Shown piece after piece: positions 9,437 through 15,445 of a DNA stretch of 32,000 nucleotides. The position numbers and the translations under genes are program-made. How positions within the stretch are numbered: the first letter of the stretch is position 1; every line of letters starts with the position of its first letter. The notes beneath the pieces were generated by a model, which was not told the DNA's origin, made no database searches, and was given only the letters and a program-made list of their open reading frames with translations. Source of the DNA: Planctomycetales bacterium (GTDB lineage Bacteria; 4484-113; JAFGCY01); NCBI GenBank assembly GCA_022646745.1, contig CP060262.1, forward strand, positions 2,040,001 through 2,072,000, in the 5' to 3' direction.

Positions 9437-9467
9437 GGAGGCCAGACGAGAGTCTGGCAACATTGGG
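9437..9467 (+). repeat. post-stop GGAG/GNRA hairpin module (copy 1)
   Basis: It begins 1 nt after TGA 9433-9435. The sequence is GGAG GCCAGAC GAGA GTCTGGC AACATTGGG, a 7-bp stem with a GAGA loop. It is near-identical to 11348-11378. Confidence 0.7.
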
Positions 9468-9502
9468 CAGTAGTCGGTGGAAAGCGGTCAGATGACAGAC
9501 AT
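9468..9502 (+). repeat. degenerate heptad array
   Basis: Units CAGTAGT CGGTGGA AAGCGGT CAGATGA CAGACAT, in phase with the preceding CATTGGG. Confidence 0.4.
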
Positions 9503-9550
9503 CCATCTTGCCTTCAATTTAACCGGAATTTGCAACTTACCCGGTGTTAG

Positions 9551-9560
9551 TGGTATCAAT
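9551..9560 (+). promoter_or_regulatory. candidate extended -10-like box TGGTATCAAT
   Basis: It ends 5-6 nt before ATG 9566, and there is no SD. Confidence 0.2.
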
Positions 9561-9565
9561 TCTGT

Positions 9566-10330
9566 ATGCAGGATGTAGCAGGCAACGAGGGGCAACTGCT
9601 CGCACAATCCCACACCACCTTCCAGGCCTGGCGGGCGCAGTGGATCGTGCCGGTTACGCTGGCCGTTTACGACCATCGCTTTGATGAGGCGAGGGCGATG
9701 CTGGCTGCTGCTCAAGCGGAACTGGCTTCCGCAGAGCTGCCGGAGGATGTGCGTGAAGCGCTGGCCTACCTCATCATCCTGACGGACTGCCGCGTGGAAT
9801 GGCATCCGGACAGCCGCGGTTACACGAAGCAGGATTACGAAGCCGTGCTGGCGAGCCTCGATACTCCGGCGAAATCCTTCCTGGCGGACTGCATGCGGCG
9901 TAGCTACCTCGTCTTCATCCGCAGCAACGGCACATCCGATTCCCATGATGAACTGACCCGCGCCGAGCTCGAGGAGCTGCTGGCTCCGCTGCCGGAACAC
10001 CTGAGCACCCCGGCCTGGCAGCAGCTGGCTCGCTGGGCCTATGAGCACAATGACATGGAGATCCTCGAGCGGGCATACGAGGTCTTCCTGGAGCTGCCGG
10101 GAAACACCATGGCCCAGGCGAAATGGCAACGGGTCAGCCTGATGCATGGCCTGCTGTCAGGCAGTGCCACAGCAGCGGATGTGCGGAGTTACCTGGCGCT
10201 GCTGCACCTCAGGCCGCAGTTGCGTGAGTTCCGCAATGAGTTCTGGCCAAAATGCCTGGAGCTCGGACTGGTGGACGCTGGGCTGGAGACGATGCTGGTG
10301 CAGCGCGAAACTGCAGTCAATGGCAACTAG
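9566..10330 (+). CDS. hypothetical alpha-helical protein, paralogue of 10523-11341
   Basis: It is co-linear with its neighbour over the full length, including the first residues (DVAGN). Shared blocks: ARAMLAAA, CRVxWHPDSxGY, NGTSD, PAWQQxARWAxEHN, AKWQRVxLM, PQLREFxxEFWPxC, GLVD. Confidence 0.75.
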   Translation: MQDVAGNEGQLLAQSHTTFQAWRAQWIVPVTLAVYDHRFDEARAMLAAAQAELASAELPEDVREALAYLIILTDCRVEWHPDSRGYTKQDYEAVLASLDTPAKSFLADCMRRSYLVFIRSNGTSDSHDELTRAELEELLAPLPEHLSTPAWQQLARWAYEHNDMEILERAYEVFLELPGNTMAQAKWQRVSLMHGLLSGSATAADVRSYLALLHLRPQLREFRNEFWPKCLELGLVDAGLETMLVQRETAVNGN

Positions 10331-10522
10331 GCTCAACTGATAGCAGACCAGGCTGGTTTGATTGCCTTAACGGCATACTTCATTTCTGACATTCACTTGT
10401 CCTTTGCCTGACATTGGCAGCCTGCAACTGGGGAAAGTGCCCGTTGGCAGCCGCTAGACCCAGATTTAATCCATCATCGTTGCCAGCAGCACGATATTGG
10501 TGCCTGAATTCAGTTATATCTA

Positions 10523-11341
10523 TTGGACGTGGCAGGGAACCAGGCACAACAGGATCGCGACCTTGAGCAGTTGCTCGGGCCTTACCGCAAATGGCGCAAG
10601 CAGTGGATTGACGTGATTGCTCCCGCGATCAACAACCACAAGTTTGACGATGCCAGGGCAATGCTGGCTGCTGCACGGGAATCGGCCCGCTCATCCGAAC
10701 ATGCTGAGGAATTGCGTGAGGCGATGGAGTACCTTGTCGACTTCACGGAATGCCGTGTCAACTGGCATCCGGACAGCCATGGATACGGCCAGCGAGTGTA
10801 TGACGAGAAGATCCGCCGCTTCAGCAGGCCCGCGCGCGGTCGGCTGGGCGACTGCATCCGGCGCATGTACCTCGTCTACATCCGCTGCAACGGCACCTCA
10901 GACACATTTGACAACCTGACCAAGGGTGAGATCGAGGAAATCCTCGAACCGCTGCCCGAGCGGATGTCCGGCCCCGCCTGGCAGCAGATCGCCCGCTGGG
11001 CCTTCGAGCACAACGAGCTGGAAACGCTTGAGCGGGCCTTTGAGATGTTCCTGATCTACCCCGGCGAGGAGATGGGGCAGGCGAAATGGCAACGGGTCAA
11101 CCTGATGTACCAGCTGCTGTCCGGCAAGGCCACACGCCGCGATGTGTATGAGTCGATCATCCTGCTGGAGCTGAAGCCGCAGCTGCGTGAATTCAAGACT
11201 GAGTTCTGGCCGCGCTGCATTGCAATGGGGCTGGTTGACAGCGAACTGGAGCAGCTGCTGGCCGGGCGTGAGGCTGAGATCAGGTCCAGGGATTCCGTTG
11301 TCAAACCGGAAGCGAAGACCAAGTCACTGCTGGGGAAATAG
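10523..11341 (+). CDS. hypothetical alpha-helical protein, paralogue of 9566-10330
   Basis: The TTG start is placed by homology to the neighbour's N-terminus. It has the same conserved blocks and a K/S-rich C-terminal tail. Confidence 0.75.
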   Translation: MDVAGNQAQQDRDLEQLLGPYRKWRKQWIDVIAPAINNHKFDDARAMLAAARESARSSEHAEELREAMEYLVDFTECRVNWHPDSHGYGQRVYDEKIRRFSRPARGRLGDCIRRMYLVYIRCNGTSDTFDNLTKGEIEEILEPLPERMSGPAWQQIARWAFEHNELETLERAFEMFLIYPGEEMGQAKWQRVNLMYQLLSGKATRRDVYESIILLELKPQLREFKTEFWPRCIAMGLVDSELEQLLAGREAEIRSRDSVVKPEAKTKSLLGK

Positions 11342-11347
11342 CGGGCG

Positions 11348-11371
11348 GGAGGCCAGACGAAAGTCTGGCAA
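11348..11371 (+). repeat. post-stop GGAG/GNRA hairpin module (copy 2)
   Basis: Located 6 nt after TAG 11339-11341. The sequence is GGAG GCCAGAC GAAA GTCTGGC AA, and it runs straight into the heptad array. Confidence 0.75.
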
Positions 11372-11434
11372 CAGTGGGCAGTGGGCAGTTGTCAGTGGGC
11401 AATAGGCAGAAGGCAGTAGGCAGAAGGCAGCGGT
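11372..11434 (+). repeat. nine strictly phased heptads (CAGNNGG type)
   Basis: Units CAGTGGG CAGTGGG CAGTTGT CAGTGGG CAATAGG CAGAAGG CAGTAGG CAGAAGG CAGCGGT, with no phase slip. Confidence 0.9.
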
Positions 11435-11435
11435 C

Positions 11436-11464
11436 GGAGGTGCGCAACTTGTTTGCGCACAATG
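11436..11464 (+). repeat. GGAG/TGCGCA hairpin module (copy 2 of 4)
   Basis: GGAGGTGCGCAACTTGTTTGCGCACAATG. Confidence 0.85.
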
Positions 11465-11470
11465 TAGCGG

Positions 11471-11506
11471 TGGAGCAGTCTGAATGGTCCGAATAGTGCT
11501 AACAGT
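11471..11506 (+). repeat. 9-nt periodic array (AATAGT type)
   Basis: Units TGGAGCAGT CTGAATGGT CCGAATAGT GCTAACAGT, each ending in GT at 9-nt spacing. Confidence 0.5.
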
Positions 11507-11539
11507 TCCGGTGGCTGAACTAATAAACGATAACCTTTC

Positions 11540-11548
11540 TGCTATTCT
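11540..11548 (+). promoter_or_regulatory. candidate extended -10-like box TGCTATTCT
   Basis: It sits 7 nt upstream of ATG 11556, and there is no SD. Confidence 0.2.
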
Positions 11549-11555
11549 GCTGCTC

Positions 11556-12122
11556 ATGCTGGATTGGTTGTTCAACAGAAAGAAGCGTGAACCGGTTGAC
11601 CCGAATGATCTTGAGCCCCATTGGCAAAGGGACTGGCCCCTGGCAATACACCTGCCGAAGGGTGGCCATTTCGAGCGCGGCAAACCCTCGCACTACTTCA
11701 ACTGGAGCTTGCACCGTGATCATGTCGGGCCTGGTGGTTTCTACAACGTCGAGGGTGTGATGAATGTCTTCCCCGGTCGGCCGAAAGATGGTCCACTGCA
11801 TCCCCTGCTGCTGCCATTCATGATGATGGAGCTGTTTCCGCCGGAGGCACGCTACCTGAATGTTGGTGTGATGCTGCCGGCGGGAGGCAGAGAATGGACA
11901 GTGGTGCAGGCAATCCTGCCGAGTGATGGTGTGCGTGGCAACGAACCCGTGCGCCTTTTCTCCTGCATGACCGGTATGGAAGGGGAACCGGATCTGTTCG
12001 TATCTCTGCTGTGCATGCACTACCATCCCGAGGCACCGGATCTGCTTGAACGGCTGAAGGCCATGCTAGGCGGTGCTGATGGAGAATGGGACATGCGGCC
12101 GTGGCCTGAATCCAAGGTATGA
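11556..12122 (+). CDS. hypothetical protein
   Basis: I start it at ATG 11556 (MLDWLFNRKKREP...), because the upstream part of the track ORF (from 11484) runs through the repeat array. Composition looks like a normal soluble protein. No family recognised. Confidence 0.6.
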   Translation: MLDWLFNRKKREPVDPNDLEPHWQRDWPLAIHLPKGGHFERGKPSHYFNWSLHRDHVGPGGFYNVEGVMNVFPGRPKDGPLHPLLLPFMMMELFPPEARYLNVGVMLPAGGREWTVVQAILPSDGVRGNEPVRLFSCMTGMEGEPDLFVSLLCMHYHPEAPDLLERLKAMLGGADGEWDMRPWPESKV

Positions 12123-12175
12123 GTGGCAACTGGTATCTCATCCCCTGCCACCACGGGTTCGGCAAGCGCTGAATG

Positions 12176-13147
12176 CTACTCCCCTATATGCCGCATCATC
12201 ACCTGTTCGAAGCGGTCCATCTCACGCAGCAGTTCATCGCAGGCTGCTGGCCATTCCGATTCGTCAGATTGCCAACCGCCGCTGGGATAGTCGCAGCGGA
12301 TGCTGGCTGACATACTTTCCTCACGTGCATCCCAGGTCAGGGCCCCGCCGAATTCATGTTCAATATCTGTCTTGGCTGCCAGCAGTCTCTGAAATGCCTC
12401 CGTTGCCAGTTCCGGCTGGTTGCGATAGAACAGGTTCAGTTCAATTCTGCGGAACTCACCCATCAGGTGGAACACGAACCAGTGTCCGCTGATACCGCTG
12501 CTGTATTTCAGGTATTGCGAACCCGGCAGGTTGCCACTTCCGCCTATAAGGCGCTGGTACCACAGCCGGCCTGCTGCATCTGCCGGCCCATGGCCTTCCC
12601 ACGCCCGCTTCGACAGCAGCTCCCAGAATGAGCGGTAGTCCGCCTTGCGCTCCTCCAGTTCACGGCTGGCGCGCGCCGCCTGCTTCGTCTCGGGGCTGGG
12701 GCCATAGATCAGCGTTGGCAACAGCGCGGGCAGGCTGTCACCGATGCGGATCGCCTCCACCTGGACCAGGTAGAAGTCCGCCGGGAAATGCTCGTTCATC
12801 ACGCTGACGGCCTTGACGTGCTCGGCGCGCGCCTTCTCCACGATCCAGATCGCCACGTCGGCGTTCCAGGAGGCGTAGTAGCTGAGCAGCTGGCCGAGGT
12901 GCTTGTGGTCGCTGTCACCGAACTGGTTCTCGATCACCACGCTGCGCCCGCGTGCGTCGCTGGCGATGATGTCCACGCGAAAGTTCTCGAGCGTCTGCTC
13001 AATGCTTTCGAGGCTCAGCTCCAGCCCGACGAGCTCGCCGATCACATCAAGGTTCTGGGACAGCCAGGGGGTGAAGGCCAGCGCTTCATGTGGCCAGACA
13101 TCACGAACGGGAAGGCGCTCCACGCGCCCGGTCAGCGGAATGGACAT
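12176..13147 (-). CDS. PD-(D/E)XK-like N-terminal domain plus DUF4268-like C-terminal domain protein
   Basis: The N-terminus (FRVDIIASDARGRSVVIENQFGDSDHKHLGQLLSYY) has the D...(E)xQ/K restriction-endonuclease-like core seen in DUF4268-family proteins. The C-terminal half resembles DUF4268. Call by eye. Confidence 0.75.
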   Translation of the reverse strand: MSIPLTGRVERLPVRDVWPHEALAFTPWLSQNLDVIGELVGLELSLESIEQTLENFRVDIIASDARGRSVVIENQFGDSDHKHLGQLLSYYASWNADVAIWIVEKARAEHVKAVSVMNEHFPADFYLVQVEAIRIGDSLPALLPTLIYGPSPETKQAARASRELEERKADYRSFWELLSKRAWEGHGPADAAGRLWYQRLIGGSGNLPGSQYLKYSSGISGHWFVFHLMGEFRRIELNLFYRNQPELATEAFQRLLAAKTDIEHEFGGALTWDAREESMSASIRCDYPSGGWQSDESEWPAACDELLREMDRFEQVMMRHIGE

Positions 13148-13205
13148 GGGACTAAGGTAGCAGAGGGCAGTACGCTATCTGCCTCGCTTTATGCATATGC
13201 AGGAT

Positions 13206-13254
13206 CTACCGCTGAAGCAGGTAGCTCCTTGCCTGGCTTGCGCCAGACTCTCCC
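13206..13254 (-). repeat. post-stop GGAG/GNRA hairpin (stem-swapped variant) followed by GGAGCTACC hairpin variant
   Basis: After TAG (13257-13259) the minus strand reads GT GGGAGA GTCTGGC GCAA GCCAGGC AA GGAGCTACCTGCTTCAGCGGTAG. Confidence 0.65.
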
Positions 13255-13256
13255 AC

Positions 13257-14783
13257 CTACCTCACCACCGCCGGCACCGGCAGGCTTGAGCCGCCCTTCT
13301 CAGCCGTGGTCGACTTGATCACTTCGCGGCTCTTCACGATCAGCACATTGCTCACCGGGCGTTCGTTGCTTTCCGCGATGTTCATCAGCTGGCCGGCCAC
13401 CACCATCGCCGAGCTGCCGCCGCCGTCCAGGTTCATCGCCACGACCGCGCCCTCGTCGATCATGATCTGCGCCAGTGCTTCCAGTGTCACGCCGCCAAAG
13501 CCCTGGCTCTCCACTTCCTTGACCACCACGATCAGGAGCTGCCCGGAGGGGGTCAGACCGACCGCCGTACGGCTGCGCTCGCTCTTGGCGATGTCCGCCT
13601 GCACACTGTCCTCGGCGGAGGAGATGTAGACCTTGCCACCCTCCACGAGCATCGGCGCCCCTCCGATCGCCGAGCGCGCCGGGATCACATTGCCCAGCTT
13701 GTCCGTGATCACCGTCTGCAGCTTCACGTCGTCACCCTTGCGGATGTTGCGCAGCGGGTTGACCTCCGGCATGATGTCGCTCGCCACCAGCAGCTGCCCG
13801 CTGCCGAGGGTGATGCCGCTGGTCTTGGTGTCCACGTAGCGCATCGCGCCGCCTTCCAGCATGAAGTAGTAGATCCCGCTCTGCGGCAGGCTGTCCAGCG
13901 GGTAGCGCGAGTCATAGACCATCACCTTGCCGCTGACGTAGGGGTAGTTCTTCGCGGAGATCGGGATCTTGGCCTTTGGGCCGACGAGCGCGGTCTCGAT
14001 GTTGTAGCGGCCGATCGCCACCTGGCCGCCCTCGCTCACGATCAGCATCGGACGCGTCGGGTAGACCCCGGTGGCGCGGATCAGCCCATCCTCCACCAGT
14101 GTGGAAAGGTGCTCACCGGCGCGGCCGAAGAAGCCGCCGTTGATCACCACCTCCGCTCCCTCGCGGCGGGCGAAGCTGGAGGGGGCGCGTTTGCGGGTCT
14201 TGCCGTCATAGCGGTCGGCGGAGGCGGAGAAGATGTCCACGCCGAGCGCCGGGTCGATGCGCACGAGGTACAGCGTGAAGTTCTGGTTGCGGTAGGTGCT
14301 GTTCTTCTGCGAAAGGCTGATGCCATCGGCCAGCTGCGTGACCTGCTCGGAGCGGCTGGCCGTCGGGAAGCGCAGGAACCAGGAATTGCCGTCGTAGCGG
14401 ATGAAGGGCCGGTTGTACTGGTTGAGGTAAAAGCCGAGCGAGAGGTTGCCGTTGGCCGCGAACACGCTGACGCGGGTCAGCAGGTGGTGGTTGATGTTGC
14501 CCAGTTCCTCGATGCGCTGCGGTGTGAGTGAGGAGCCGCAGCCCTCGATGGTCAGCAGGTAGCGGTCCGGGTCGTAGCGAAATGACTCGGTGAGCGCCTT
14601 GGGGCGCGTGTCGAAGGCCAGCTCGACCTCGATGTAATAGCCGCTGCGGTTGACGTTCACTGCGCTGAGCTTGCTGGCCGCTTCGGCCGCGGCGGGCCTG
14701 AGCAGCACGCAGGCGCTGAGCAGCAGGCAGGCGAGAGCGCGCAGTGGCGCGAAGGTGGCGATTCGGGATACAGCCGTGATCAT
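13257..14783 (-). CDS. secreted phosphodiester glycosidase family protein (NAGPA/DUF2233-like) with N-terminal AMIN-like domain
   Basis: Family blocks are VVINGGFFG, AIGGAPMLVEGGKV, RTAVGLTPSGQLLIVVV and GVTLEALAQIMIDEGAVVAMNLDGGGSSAMVV. ATG 14783 gives a signal peptide (MITAVSRIATFAPLRALACLLLSACVLL) and has AGGA 5 nt upstream. ATG 14807 is the longer alternative. Confidence 0.85.
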   Translation of the reverse strand: MITAVSRIATFAPLRALACLLLSACVLLRPAAAEAASKLSAVNVNRSGYYIEVELAFDTRPKALTESFRYDPDRYLLTIEGCGSSLTPQRIEELGNINHHLLTRVSVFAANGNLSLGFYLNQYNRPFIRYDGNSWFLRFPTASRSEQVTQLADGISLSQKNSTYRNQNFTLYLVRIDPALGVDIFSASADRYDGKTRKRAPSSFARREGAEVVINGGFFGRAGEHLSTLVEDGLIRATGVYPTRPMLIVSEGGQVAIGRYNIETALVGPKAKIPISAKNYPYVSGKVMVYDSRYPLDSLPQSGIYYFMLEGGAMRYVDTKTSGITLGSGQLLVASDIMPEVNPLRNIRKGDDVKLQTVITDKLGNVIPARSAIGGAPMLVEGGKVYISSAEDSVQADIAKSERSRTAVGLTPSGQLLIVVVKEVESQGFGGVTLEALAQIMIDEGAVVAMNLDGGGSSAMVVAGQLMNIAESNERPVSNVLIVKSREVIKSTTAEKGGSSLPVPAVVR

Positions 14784-14870
14784 GTGCGTCCTGACAGATG
14801 AATACATTTCAATATTACCGGTCCCACTCCAGCATGGATATGATCGTAGCTTGTGGGGAGGGGAATAAAA

Positions 14871-14920
14871 GGGATCAGGGACCGGGGACCGGGAGCTACC
14901 TGCTTTAGCAGTAGTGGCTC
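14871..14920 (+). repeat. three heptads running in phase into GGAGCTACC hairpin module
   Basis: GGGATCA GGGACCG GGGACCG followed by GGAGCTACCTGCTTTAGCAGTAGTGGCTC (14892-14920). The same 29-mer occurs inverted at 28510-28538. Confidence 0.8.
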
Positions 14921-14927
14921 ACATTGG

Positions 14928-14968
14928 GGGATGTGGGATGGGGGATGGGCAGAAGGGATCGGGGAACA
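14928..14968 (+). repeat. phased heptad array (GGGATGN type)
   Basis: Units GGGATGT GGGATGG GGGATGG GCAGAAG GGATCGG GGAACAG. Confidence 0.8.
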
Positions 14969-14999
14969 GGGAACAGTAGCAGCGGCGTCCCCGCCGCTG
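14969..14999 (+). repeat. GGGAACAGTAG + CAGCGGCG hairpin module (copy 1)
   Basis: GGGAACAGTAGCAGCGGCGTCCCCGCCGCTG, with an 8-bp stem CAGCGGCG/CGCCGCTG. It repeats at 15093-15123 with one loop substitution. Confidence 0.8.
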
Positions 15000-15004
15000 T
15001 GATT

Positions 15005-15033
15005 GGAGGTGCTCAACTTGTTTGCGCACAATG
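15005..15033 (+). repeat. GGAG/TGCGCA hairpin module (copy 3 of 4)
   Basis: GGAGGTGCTCAACTTGTTTGCGCACAATG, with one mismatch in the left arm. Confidence 0.8.
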
Positions 15034-15039
15034 GAACGC

Positions 15040-15092
15040 CTGAATAGTCTCAATAGTTTGGATAGTGATGATAGTCGGGAAAGTCAGGAATA
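15040..15092 (+). repeat. 9-nt periodic AATAGT array (6 units)
   Basis: Units cTGAATAGT CTCAATAGT TTGGATAGT GATGATAGT CGGGAAAGT CAGGAATAG. Confidence 0.7.
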
Positions 15093-15123
15093 GGGAACAG
15101 TAGCAGCGGCGCCCCCGCCGCTG
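15093..15123 (+). repeat. GGGAACAGTAG + CAGCGGCG hairpin module (copy 2)
   Basis: GGGAACAGTAGCAGCGGCGCCCCCGCCGCTG. Confidence 0.8.
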
Positions 15124-15386
15124 GGTGGGCAGATCTCGTTACGGCTACATATCTCTTGAGGCATGCTCTGGCCGGGTCCTTGTCGTTGACTTTCAGCATT
15201 GCTTGATTTCCAGCGCTCGTGCCTAGCGCTGCTGCGCGGCCTCCGGCCTTGCCTGGATGAATGCTTGCCTGGCGGTTACTCAGCAACAATCACGAAGGGC
15301 AGCTTTGTGAACTCTGTACCCTGTGTGGTTAAACCGCTTTAGCACAGCTGATCAGTGCCTCCGATGGTGTAGCTTCGCAGCTCCTA

Positions 15387-15414
15387 CCCATCCCGCATCC
15401 CGCATCCCACATCC
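15387..15414 (-). repeat. phased heptad array (GGGATGN type, minus orientation)
   Basis: The plus strand reads CCCATCC CGCATCC CGCATCC CACATCC. On the minus strand it runs into TAGGAGCT-GCGA-AGCTAC (15386-15369), a weak GGAG/GNRA hairpin. Confidence 0.7.
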
Positions 15415-15426
15415 CGCAGTTTCCCC

Positions 15427-15435
15427 TGCTATAAT
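15427..15435 (+). promoter_or_regulatory. candidate extended -10 box TGCTATAAT
   Basis: It is a perfect TGnTATAAT located 10 nt upstream of the carA ATG (15446), with no SD in between. Confidence 0.35.
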
Positions 15436-15445
15436 TGCCATTTTG

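Noticed and set aside
11372-11434. CRISPR array
   Set aside because: The units are 7 nt and contiguous with no spacers, and no cas genes are present. This is not a CRISPR array.
15323-15445. N-terminal extension of carA ORF, and similarly 11484-11555 for the orphan gene
   Set aside because: The extensions run through heptad and 9-mer repeat modules, and CarA homology starts after ATG 15446.
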